Below, one piece after another: positions 18,846 to 31,300 of a stretch of DNA of 64,000 nucleotides; within the stretch, counting starts at the first letter, position 1, and each line of letters begins with the position of its first letter. Made by a program: the position numbers and the translations under genes. This stretch comes from Podarcis pityusensis (lineage: Eukaryota). The notes under the pieces are model-generated. The model was not told the DNA's origin and searched no databases. It worked only from the letters and a program-made list of their open reading frames with translations. Location: NCBI GenBank assembly GCA_964106645.2, contig OZ067039.1; one strand, given 5' to 3'.

Positions 18846-19958
18846 GTAGGCTGTCAGCCCTAAATGTGTCAGCCAGGGACTGCTGATCGCTACACAGCCC
18901 GGCATATAAAGCCATCCTATCCATTCTAAGCAAGACTCTTCACCTTGTCTCAATGGGAAGCATGCAAAGTTTGTTACAGCTGACATTTCTAAAACATGAT
19001 CCTAATTCCACTGATGCTTACTTTGTTTGTTTTATACTTCAGAACTAAAGTGCAACCTGATCTTTGCTACACTTATGCTTCTTTCAGGGATCAGATGGCA
19101 CACGTACGGAATGATGGTTCCACATTTTGGGGGTGCTTTAGTTTTCCGCGCTCAAATTCATCCATATGACTTACTGACAGCAAAACCAGTGCTTTGTATA
19201 CTATGCACAGCTGATTTTCTACCAACAGAACATGAGTATCCTATTGAAAGACCTGTCCTTTCCAAAGGAAGCCTTTTCCAGATTCCACACGTGTTATCAC
19301 AATGTCAGGGGCAAGAACATGAGCCTATGGTGGTCTAGCTGTACACTCTGTGACAATTGAGAAACAATTCAAATATAAACCTTTCACATGCAGGTTTATG
19401 GCACAGTCCTTCACTCCACCCAATGGAACCACTTCTGTTTCCTTTTTAAGTAGTGAAGGAGAGTCTTCCATCTGAATAACTGTACCACACAATAGTCCAA
19501 ATGTTTGAACTGACTCTTACCAAATTCTCTGCAAGCATCTGTGGGGTAATCTGGTTAAATTTTTAACTCATGTCGACCCTTGGCAAAACAATTTGTTCCA
19601 TCATTCACTTAGCTTGTTTAGGGACATGCATTGGTATTGAGGTTATACATATGCTAGAGTGAACAATCTCTCTCTCTCCACTGATTCAGAGCTCCCCCCT
19701 CTGTCCAACTGTGTTTGCACACAGGTAGGTAGAGCTGGCAAGAAACTAATTCATCTGTAAATGGAAACTTATGTGAAGAATTTGCAAGTTGGCTTTACTT
19801 TGAATGAGTAGAGGTACGTAAGAATGGCACTACAATAGTCAGGATCACTTAACATGGATTTATTTCCTATATTTATTTGTTCAGTCATATTGTGTTTTAC
19901 CCCCACATCAGCCAACAATGCTCATGAAGCAGCTAACATAAGATCAATAAGACTAATA

Positions 19959-20173
19959 CAGTGGTACCTTGGGTTACAAACACTTTGGGTTACAGACTCC
20001 GCTAACCCGGAAGTAGTACCTCGGGTTAAGAACTTTGCCCCAGGATGAGAACAGAAATCGTGCGGCGGCAGCAGGAGGCCCCATTAGCTAAAGTGGTACC
20101 TCAGGTTAAGAACAGTTTCAGGTTAAGAACGGACTTCCAGAACAAATTAAGTTCGTAACCAGAGGTACCACTG
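19959..20173. mobile_element. Tc1/mariner (Tigger-like) MITE, opposite orientation
   Basis: Same terminal inverted repeats, TA flanks. Confidence 0.9.
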
Positions 20174-22031
20174 TATATAATTATAACAAATGTTAAATAT
20201 CCTCCTGGTCAAAGGGAGAGGTTTTTCTCCATTCTTCCAATGCTAAGAGTTGGCATTCTAAATTCTTCATCCTCTGCACTTGTATTCTCAGGTAATGGAT
20301 GGCTCTGGGGCACCCTATCATTAAGCAGTGTGATGTGGCCAGGAGGTGGCCAGGAAAATAGCTGTGAGGTGGTGGAGAACCGAGCTGCCCTGTGCCCTCT
20401 AAATTAGCTTGCTGCCTTCAGGCACAGTGGAGAATCCTGCTCCAGCCCTGGTGTTTGCTTGCCAGTCTGGTGGGTTTCTGAACATGGAATGTGGGTAGGG
20501 AAGGGACCATTTTGTCCTTCGCCACTTATAGCAAACTGTCTTAGGCTGGTACTGGCTGGCTCTACTTGATGAATGAGCCAAAAAGGTGAACAGGCTCTGG
20601 TTCACACTGCTGCAAAGCTTGTTCTTGTAGCTCAGTGCATTCAGAAGTAAAATAATAAAGCATTTTTCAGGAGCTATAAGCAAAACAACAGACACTATTA
20701 ATACAGTAATTCTTAAAGAGGTTACATAAATTATTAGAGATCTAAATCCTACCATAAAGGTTAACGTAGACAAGTCCAAAAATAATCCTTAAAACGCATG
20801 CCCCAGACAGTTGTCATAAATTACATTTAAAAAAATTTAAAGTCATGTTCAGAAAAGAAAGACAAAACTTGCTTGGGACTCATACAGTAGCTAGGGAAAA
20901 AAATTGAGTGCAGAACTTAAAAGCTCTTATTCTGTTTTTGGTAATGTCTCCCTGGAGCCACAGGAGTTTAAAAAAAATAGGCATTTTGAAGAGCAAGACA
21001 GACTGTGGTTAAGAGGCAGAGAAAAATAGTTGGTTAATGAGCCAGCTGAGAGCTAGTGAGGACAGAAAGATTGCCACATCCTTTGGGCCTTGCTGGATAG
21101 TTGCTCCGGTGAGGGAGAAGGAAGGGCAAGTTTTCTATTAGCGTTTCAGCTGATTATTTATTAGCTTAACATTCCATGAGGATTCTTCCATCTAAATCTC
21201 TTTTGTTTACCTTTGAATTTTGTAAGTGATAGCAAAGGATAACAGGATGACAAAGATTTACGTCCATGGGTGTACTCATGAGGTGAAGCAATTTGTTGCA
21301 TAAACAGTATTTGCCTGGACATATCTACGTTGCATAATGGAGGTTCTTTCCGTGCCTCTCCAGGTAAAAATGGAGCCTCCTTCACAGGTGCAGGCTACCA
21401 TTATAACAGCAAAAGCCAGATTGTAGGGGTGATTTGCAACATAACGAGGCAGTCTGTGTTGTCTGGGTTAACTTGTAGTAATAGATGCGGGTGGCTCAGT
21501 AGCACAGGCCAAGGACTCACTAGTCGAGAGTGGGGGATTCTGTGGCTGGCGGAGCAACCGGCTTCTTATGTCAGCACCGTATCCGAACTGCAACACCTTC
21601 TTTCCAAAAGAAACTCAGGGGTGAAGCTGCAAGTCAACAGACTAGTTCCAAAGCAGATGGGAACAAGCAACAGATGGGGCACCGTTGCTAGAAAAATGCA
21701 GGGAATACTCGGGCCACACTGCACTCCGTTACCTCTCCTCTGAGGAGCTGCCTCTTTTTTTTTTTTAGGGGTCGAAAGTAACCCGGAAGCTCCGTCCTCC
21801 AGCTGAAGGAGCTGCGGCTCTACTTCTTTCGAAAGTCCATGTTTCTTCCTTCCCCCCCCCTCCCGCGCTTTAGCCCCGCCCCCTACGCCCGGGGCTTCCT
21901 CGACCCTTCCGCAGGCTGCGAATGACAGTTGTCGCGCGGCGGCGTCTCTCGAGGCCTCCTCCTCCTCGCCCCGCCCCCGCCGGAGCCAGCCGAGTTAGGG
22001 AGGCGGGCAGGCGGGCGGAGTGAAGCCGAAC

Positions 22032-22157
22032 ATGGCGGCTGTGACGGCGGCGGGTGCTGCGCTGGCAGCGGCCCGTGGGGAGGGGGCAGCGCAGCAGCAG
22101 CAGCGGCCGCCACAACAACAGCAGCAGCAGCAGCAGCGGCCGGCAGAGCTCGCCTGA
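22032..22157 (+). other. Putative upstream ORF (41 aa, Ala-rich/polyQ) in NISCH 5' region
   Basis: AACATGG strong Kozak context; [41 protein letters not shown]; stops about 105 nt before the NISCH ATG. Confidence 0.45.
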
Positions 22158-22261
22158 GGAGAGCGGCCGAGTGAGCGCAGCTTCTCCGCCCCAGCGGCGC
22201 CTACCCTCCCCGCGTCCCTCGCGCCCTGCCCTGCCCTCTTCTTGCCTGAAGAGCGGCCGAG

Positions 22262-22348
22262 ATGGAGGTGGTCGGGGCCGGGGAGGAGGGCGAGGAGCCC
22301 CCGAAAGAGGTCCGGATCCTTGGCTCGGAGCTGGTGGAGACCTACACG
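22262..22348 (+). CDS. NISCH: NISCH exon 1
   Basis: [29 protein letters not shown]|gtgagg. Confidence 0.92.
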
Positions 22349-25300
22349 GTGAGGCGGCGGCGGCGGCGGCAGGAGGGGCGAGGAAGGGGAGGCGAGGTCA
22401 GGGCGGTGGTGGGTTTCTTTTTCTCAAAGGGAAGGGTTCAAGTCTTTCCCTGGGTCCCTCATCCCTCTCTCGGGGAAAAGGACGGGAATCTCCTGATCAT
22501 GGTATACGTACACACGCACTGTGTATCTATATCGTGGGAAGGGGGAATAACGATGCGGGGATAAATGGGGAGCGGGTTGGAGAAAACCTGCTAAAGAGAC
22601 GCTTTCTTGGTGCATCCAGATCCGATATTGCCCTGTTGGGAAACGATTGCAGGCTTCATCGGGTCTGTGTTATGGTTGTGCGCTTCCGAGTTACACAGAA
22701 CTCTTCCTTGGGCGGGAACACTTAACTCCGAAAGCAAAGAAATAAAATGCATGTGAGAGAGCAAAGGTGGTGTTGGGGCGGGGGAGAACACTCCAGCCAT
22801 GAACCATCTTCCCCAGAGTCTCATCTTTCTAGCATTTGTAGAACCAGAGAAAGGAGGCAAAATGTTCTTATAGGTTCTTTTTTGTGAGAAATTAGCCCTC
22901 TCTTCCGCTTTTTAGTGTTTTACATCCCCGCCCCCCAAAAAATCCTTTGGCACCCATGTGAGGGAGGCCATAGATGTTGTTGTCTCTCTTCAGGTTGAGG
23001 CTTAAAATACTTGCCTTCGAAATGGGTATGCCAAATCAAAAACCAAGTTCTGGTATGAGCTTCATTTTATTCTGCCCTCTCACTTCATGGTAAACAGATA
23101 CAAAGCATCCTTTAGAAACTGGCCCAAACACATGACCTAACATATAATACATTTGGTATGTTGTTTTTTAAAAAAATATGCAGAAGGGATGTGGCAATGG
23201 GCAAGGGGACATTTTTCCAGTCTGGATCAAATTCAGTGTATGATAATCTTACGCAACTGTTAAAACTATGAAATGCTTCTCTTTCTGAATGGTGGGGTTA
23301 GAGGAGAAGAAGATGCTTTGATTTGCATTACACTAGTTGTAGTAATGTTCTTATCAATACCAATAAACTTTTTATACAGAGTTGTCTGTATGGACAAGTA
23401 CATTACAGTTACCTTGCAGCTTTAGAAGCCAACCCAGAATCTTACCATTGAAACATCTCAAACTACTTGGTTACATAAATGAAAATGGGTGTGCCTCCTA
23501 GTTTTGTTTTAGCTAAGCCATTCTCTTAGATGAAGTCTTGAGCCATTCTCATCAATGAATTTTGTAGTGTGAAAACAGATTTCTAAACCTGTTTATGCCT
23601 ATTTTAATAGTATGAAGGGGTGAGAATACTTGGCACCACATTGGTTTAAAAGTGATATATATGTCCCATATGCAGGCCTTGTCGATTGCATTTTTAATAC
23701 GTAAAGTGTAAAAAAATCAGGGTATAATGGAAATGATTTACATAATGTGAGATACCTGGCAGAGATAGAACTGCAGTGTGAGAGTTTTGAAAATATTTTC
23801 CCCCTTGAGTACACGGGCTAGCTAAAATAAGAGAGAAAGGGGAGAAAGCAGTCTAGATAAAGTACTTTCAAAATGTAATTCTTTTGATCTGTGTGCAGAG
23901 CAGATAATGATATTATAGTGACTAATCCAGCCAAAATTAGGCAAACAGTCCCCCTCACAGTGCTAATTTTGGCTTGCGCCTTGTTTGTTAGTGAATACTT
24001 TTATTTGCTGGTTCTACCCAATGTAAAACGAAGAGAGACTGGTAGGTCGCCTACCACAGCAACCTCATGATAATAATAAGAAAACCATAGACAGGAAATA
24101 GGTTTGCTGATGAAGTAGACTGTAGTCCAAAAGAGCATATGCCGTAATAAATTGGTTAGCCTTTCAAGATTCCTTTTGGGTTTTGTTGTTGTTGTTGCTG
24201 CTGCTGCTATAGACTTGAACGCCTGCCCCTCTAAAAATTTCACTCTGATAATTCTCCCTCTAAAAAATTAGTAACTGTGTGGCAGCTCTCCACTTTTGTA
24301 AGATACAGTGGTACCTCTGGTTGCGGACGGGATCCGTTCCAGAGCCCCATTCGCAACCTGAGCAGAACGCAACCCGCGTGTGCGCAGGTCGCGATTTGCT
24401 GCTTCTGCGCATGCGTGTGACGTCATTTTTGAGCGTCTGCGCATACGCGAGCAGCAAAACGCCGAAGTAATCCTTTCTGGTACTTCCGTGTCGCCGTGGG
24501 ATGCAACCTGAAAAAGCTCAACCTGAAGCAAACGCAACATAAGGTATGACTGTAATGGACTTGCAGTGTCCCAGGTAACTTATGATGATGGGAAAGGTAC
24601 TAGACTTGGCTTTGGGAAACTTGCAGCGTTTTTATTTGTGAGAGCGACCAATGAATATCCTTACACAACTATATAAGTAAGCAAAGTAAGCTATACTTTT
24701 CCCTGCTTAAGAGTCAGCAGTGTCTGGCAGCCATTACATCAATCCCTACCCTCTCTCAGATCTACTTTCATCCCTAGTAACACAGTTCAGTAAGGGTGCA
24801 GCCCCATGGCCCCTTGTCAGATCTACTTCTTTGATATTCAAGAAGTCAGCTCCTCCAACTGCAGTGGCTTAGTGTGGTTTGCCAGTGCCCAGGGCAAGGC
24901 AAGTATTGAGCCCCCTAACCTGTAGGAAGAAGCAATCATATATCACAGTCAAGGAAAAGTTTGAGGAGCCCACCATGCGAGAGTCTGCTTTTCAGGGACT
25001 GGGACCATCTGGAACCAACCACTGACATCTCAGTTCACGGTGAGCACAGAGTAACCCTTCTGATGGGATGGGAGCACTCCGATGGTGCAAACCTTTGCCA
25101 TCATTGGCTTGCACTCTGCACAACCTCTGTGGCTCCTTCCCTTTTGCGCACCTTTCTCTACGCTTGGAGAAAAAGGTGGCGGTGGATTTGGTTTCGAAGA
25201 ACAGTGCGTGGCAACAGAGTGCCGCGCTGTCGGGGCTGTTGTTGAGTGGGCACATGACCCTCCCTGCTGCAGGGCAGGCTGAAATGGGTGGGAGCATCTC

Positions 25301-28300
25301 TGCTGAGGGTCAGGGCAATGGGCAGAGGAAGCCAGCGGTGGGCAGGACAGAGTTGTTGGCCATCGCAGTGCCTCCATGCAGTGCTGCTGCTGCTGCCAGA
25401 TGGAGCAGTGCAGGATATATGTGCACACCTCCTCAGGTTGGGGCATTGCCACTGCCTCAAGTCTCGCCGTCCATCCACCTGTCTCACCATCAGGAGACGC
25501 CACACAGCTGAGGAATACAAGGGCCTCTCCTATCCTAGCTCCTGTTTGGTGTCCTGCTCAGGTGAAGCAGGCAGGTGGGACAGGGAGTGCCTTTGGTCAG
25601 GGCAGCAGCTGCAACCGCAGCCTAAGAGGGAAGGAGTATTTTGCATGTGCTCAGAAGCACATCCCTATAAATTTTTGAACCCAGGGCAATCGCCCTGGTG
25701 CCCCTCCACCCTGCTACACCACTGTCCAACACCGTGGGCCAAAAAAAGGGCAGTTCCAAAAGTCTTCCTGGTCCCTTGACATTCCTCCCTATGGGAAGTC
25801 AGGGACACATTCTCCATGCTTTGGTGCAATTGGGGATAGCCAAAACCCCATTTATATTATGCAAATATATGTTCCCATCAGCCTACTTGGCAATACACAT
25901 TCTCACCATTTATTGAACAACTCACTAGTATCTCTTCATAGGAATTAGGTTGCACTCATTAAAAATGTATTTTTAAGTTATGTTATATGGGGGGGACTTA
26001 ATAAAATTAAGAATTCTTAAACAGCTGAAGGTAAGCACATTTGAGTTGCACTTATTTCAGATGAAGTGATTCCCCCTCCCCAACTTTTACTGGATTGTGC
26101 CCACGGTTCTGCATGTATTTTTTCTTTGTTTCTCAGAATTATGAACAGCAAGAAGCCCTTAGGAGACTTTCCCACCCTTATCTCCCCACGACAGCTTCCT
26201 GCACCCCTGGAAAAGCTGCTCCTGAAGGTGTGGGAGGCTGCCTGAAATCAAAGGGAGATACAATGCCTTAGTAAGGGGGACAAAGTAATTCCCCCTGCGG
26301 CCCCTGTGTCCTGCCCCATCCTATTCTGGAGAGTTCCTTCATCCTCAGGAGCGGTTTTTGGTGGGCTCCAGACGAGACAGTGCAAAGATTCCCTTTTCCA
26401 AGCTTCCTTTTAAGAGCCAATCTGAAATGAAAATATGCAATTGTTTTTTTATGAGATATTTTGTATATACTCTACCTTGTATTTAGTGCCCCTAATGAAA
26501 ACTGCAAGCTCAAAACACATAGCTTACCTATCAACTTGGGTAATAACATTGCCCTTTGTAACTGCAGATCTTTCGATTATTACTAGATAATACAAAGCAA
26601 TAGCTAGATAAGTGACATTGATGATGAAGTGTACAGGCTTTGAAGCTTCATTTACAAAAGGATTGTGCTGTGAGAAATGTAAAAACAACCCTGTCTTCTC
26701 TTGTGCGTAAATACATGCTGATTATTGTGATTCTAGAGACACAGTCCAGAAAAGTGTGCACAGAGAAAAACTGAGTGCACAGCCTGAGCTTCCTTTGAAG
26801 TATTTGCTGCAGCAGCTCCTACTGCCATGGTTCAATTTGCAAAACAGCTTGCTGCCTCAACAGCCAGAGCTGCTGCAGTGAGAACTTCAAAGAAACCTCC
26901 TGCTGTGTGCATGGTTCCCCCTCCTCCAAATGCACATGGAGCCTCTGTAGATTGCAGCCACTATCGTAGCTAGGTTGCTCCATATTATTTCATTTGTATT
27001 GTTCCATAGAAATAAGCAGTGAAAATAATTGATTTCAGGTAGTGGAGTCTCATTCTAGAAATAGGCATGTATTCATCAACCTTCAGAATACAAGAGTACA
27101 CACTCTTTTCTATTCTCTATATCAGTGAAGTATTTTAAACAGTATTTATTAATCTAATCTAATTTAACGTTAAGTCCCCTACATGTTTCCTTAGACATAA
27201 GTCTGTGTTGAGTGAGGCATGCTTCTAGATAAAGATGCATTGGATTCCAGCCTAAGAGTATAAAGGTAACCACCTAACTAATGCCAAGACCAACAGATTT
27301 CTGACAGTGATGTGGTTAAAATGCCATTAATGATGTCTCATGCCAGTTAAATTATTTGCATGCGTTGGCAGGAAAAAAATATTTGTACTTTGGACTGAGT
27401 TTTTTAAAATGGGGAATACTGTAGATATATCAAACAGTATCCTGTTACTTTTCTAACTTTTGCTTTTAAAGCTCCCTTGTTTTATGATAAAATGTTTGAG
27501 TCCTGAGCATTATTATTATTATTATTATTTTCTGATATACACCTTAATGACTTTTACTAAGCGTTTTAGTTAGTGTGATCAGAGGAAGATAATTTGAATT
27601 ACATTCAGACTTTGCACGAGTGGACGTCTACTCATGCAACAGGGTTTTACGCTGCAGCCTTGTGTGCCTGTGACAGCTGAAAATTGCTGAAAATCAGGTA
27701 GCTTCTTTTAGTAATAGAATTATGTTATCAACATAGTACATCATAATGGTATGTTAATCTGCCCCCGCCATCAATTTCCTATATCAATATTAAAATAGGA
27801 CAAGCTGTGTATGAGATAGAGACAACCCTGAATATATGCTTAGTTCTGCATGAGATTTGAAAATGAAGCAATTTTAAAGCACTCTTGTAGTGCCTTGTTT
27901 GTAACATGCAGTATTAAAAATACTAATGTAGAGGAAATGCTAATCATAGATCTGGTTATCATTTCAGAATTAGTGATTCACAATCTTCTTCCTTAGTTGC
28001 TAATGCAGGGACTAATGCATGATTATATGATTATACTATAATTGAAATGAAGCATACAGGCTGCATTCAAACAATCATATCTTGACTGCTTAAGCCGTAC
28101 TATGACCAAACCTGATGAACTTAAATGCAGCTCCTTTGCCTTGCCTTCCTGTGAACAAAGCAGGAAGTGTCCACTTAACTATACCTTCCCATAACATACA
28201 ACTTGAGAAATGATAATTAATGACTTCTCAACAAGCCAGAATGTTAAGCTGCTTTAAATATCATGCTCCTAGAAAAACACCCGGTATTGTTTGTTCTAAT

Positions 28301-31300
28301 AGAGATCATCCATATAAATTTTGGGAAAGAGAGATGTGATGAGAGAGAAAGTATTGCTCAAAAACTCTGTATGTTAGGTCACAGAATACAAAGCCTAAAA
28401 TCCTACTTCATTAAAATACTGAATAAGTAATTATCAGTAACCTTTATTATTAATACAGTACTTAGTAGTAGAACAACCCTCCAAATTTTGTATCATCCTA
28501 GAGACAAAAGAGGATTGGGGGTGCCTTATCTTAAATTATATTATATTATGATGCTTTCAACTTGCACAAATAATGCATATTATTACTGATTTGCTGGAGA
28601 TCTTGTGGCTTCAAATGGAATTATTCTGCACCACCCCTTCAGTTAATGCTCTGCCTTTTAAAAAATCCTTATTGAGTGTGTATTGGGAAAATACACAATC
28701 TCTTTTTTCAATTGACTTTTAGGGTATGGAAGAGATGGTTTCACACTTAGCTCCATCTACATCCCCTTTATTTCCTATATTGGACCACCCAGCTGTCTGC
28801 CTTACAGACAAATATGTTCAATATATCTGAATTCTAAAGGTATCCAATATTTACAGTTATTAATAAGGCCGGCTATGGGTTCCTCCCCAGGATCTTAGCA
28901 TATCTTGGGAGGATGACCTTAAATGTCAGATTCATGAACATAAATGGGATCAAATATGGGTAAATGCTCCATTAAAAACTATAACTTCTAGGATTCAAGA
29001 ATCCACTCTAAAAACAATACTTAGATGGTATTGGACTCTAGTGTGCCTTTCCAAAATCAATGCAAATCCCTCTCCACTATGCTGGCAATGCTGTAATACT
29101 GTGTGAAGTTTTATATGTTTTTTGGATAAACGTTTTTATCATTATCTCTCAAATCTAAGCTCAGTCACTAACACCAGATACAGTCTTGGGCTTGTTTTCG
29201 ATAGAAAGCAATACAGATCCCAGAGTATCTCATGACACTTCCTAGTGGCTGAAGAATGTCAATAGGCTGTCACTGGGCAAATACTTTGGGTGCAAGAAGG
29301 GCTTTGAGGAGAGGGAGGTCTGCTTGTCACTGTTACCTCTGTTCAGTTATTTCTGTCTGCTCCTCTTGCCTTACTTGTCCTTTCAGTATTATGCCCAGCT
29401 TATCAGGGAGCATAGCATAAATGTGATGGAAGCATTGCGATTCATAACTGTGCTGGTTTCTTGTTGGCAAATCACAATGGCTTGCTTGATATAGGATATC
29501 ATTTTTGCTGAAGGAAGATGTGTGTGTGTTCTTCAAATTAAACCAGTAACTGGTACCTGAATATTGCTGGTAATGGGCCTCTGCTTTGTGTGTCAGTATG
29601 CTGTACTTGCACGGGTTTAGGTATTCTTGGGATGTGCAGAAGCTCAGAACCTAACTGGCAGCCTTTATTTAATGTTACACAAACACTGGAGGGATTTTGT
29701 ATCTCTGAATGTGTAAACATTGGCCATCTTAGGTTCCTTTATCAGCTAAGAGTTGTATTTTATTTAGGTGTACATCATTCAAGTGAGCATTGGCAACCAT
29801 CAGTGGGTGGTCAAACATCGATACAGTGACTTCCATGAACTTCATGAAAAGGTAAATATCCTCATATTTAAAATGTTTGTTGTAATGACTCTGTTACTGT
29901 TTTATTAACATTGATTTATTACTCTTCTTCTAACCCGGTGTCTCAATACATTTTATATATAAAATAATTAAAAGCGGTGAAAACACAGAAACAAAAGATA
30001 TCCCACATTGCGATTCTCTTTAAAAAGAAAGGAAAGCCATATGGGAGACCACACCATGAGAGGGAGGGAGTTCCCCTCTCCCCCAGCATATGGCTTTGTG
30101 ACAGAATGCTAGAGTTGGAAGGGACCATGAAGGTCATCTACTTGAACTCCCAGCAATGCAAGAATCTTGCACCCGATTTTTGTTGATGAAAATTTCACAT
30201 AGAAAGAGCTAAAACCTCCCTCCTTGCTATTCGGGAGTCAGAATCCAGACCCCTACACACACACACAATTGAGTGAGAGCTGTTGCTGAAAAGAGAAGAG
30301 AAGAGAAAAGAGAAAAGAAAAGAAAAGAAAAGAAAAGAGAGTACTAATCATAGGATTCAAGGCATTGTTAACATTTAATGGGCCAGTAAGCTGTTATCTA
30401 CCCACACATGAGCAAATTCTATCGAACACAGTAGGGCTTACTTATGAGTAGAAATGTATGGGATTGCACTGAGAGCAAATTATATTAGGTAAAATCTGCT
30501 TGGTTTTTTTAGCCATTGCCTATGGAAAATAACGATCTGCTTATGAAAATCCAAGTTCATTTGTTTACATGGTCATAGTAGGAACCTGGTCATTACTTAA
30601 TTTCTGGTACCTGCTAGTTTCCTATTCTTAGTGGTGTTTGAGCCTTGTGAGTGGTAATATGTCATCATTTGGTTCCTGAGCTCATTAATGAAGAACATTT
30701 GCTGACTTTAAAGTTCAGAATTGTTGAACCATAATGTAGACTATAACCTCTCCCCCACCCCCCCAAAGAGAAAGGCATTCACTTCATTATGTTAAAAATT
30801 AGGTTGGAGTGGAACTCTGCTCATGCAGTGAAGCTTTTCTGACTTGCCCTCCTCTCCCCAAAGACCATCCCTGAAGATCAGCAGATCTTCTGGTATAGCA
30901 TAGGATCGGATGCAGCAGGACAGGAAATTGGGTGAATTCAGCAAAGCAGTCTTACCCAAATGAAGTGCTATTTCACAACTGCAAGGTATCTCTGGACCCA
31001 AGCCAATGTTATTCATTTCATCAATATTAAGAACCTGCTCTCCTGGCACTATCTCGGTTATTCCGCAAGACCTTTAAGGAAGTTTGTCTGTTTGTTTGTC
31101 TGTTTGATTTGCATTGTTGCTGTTTGTATTGTACAAATCTTTTTTGAGACCTTAGTCCCGACCCCCGTCCCTGTCCCCCGATTTTTAAAAATTGGTTTGG
31201 AAGGCATGCAAAGCAGTATGTAAAAGCTTTTAAAAAAGATCTCACTTTATATTACCCTGAGTTTTCAAAAACTATATTGGTAATTACTGACAAAATAAAT

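Larger units (their letters stand above)
21780..22410. promoter_or_regulatory. CpG island / NISCH promoter and 5' UTR
   Basis: Very GC- and CpG-rich against an AT-rich background; GC boxes (ccccgcccc), ETS-type ccggaag near 21783, YY1-like aacatggcggc at 22029-22039. Confidence 0.9.

Noticed and set aside
21870-22725. Several overlapping ORFs with poly-Ala or poly-Ser tracts
   Set aside because: By-products of the GC-rich CpG island and CAG repeat; only 22262-22348 matches NISCH.
24961-25779. Cluster of overlapping 100-160 aa ORFs on both strands in NISCH intron 1
   Set aside because: No recognisable domain or splice structure; locally GC-rich, probably repeat-derived.
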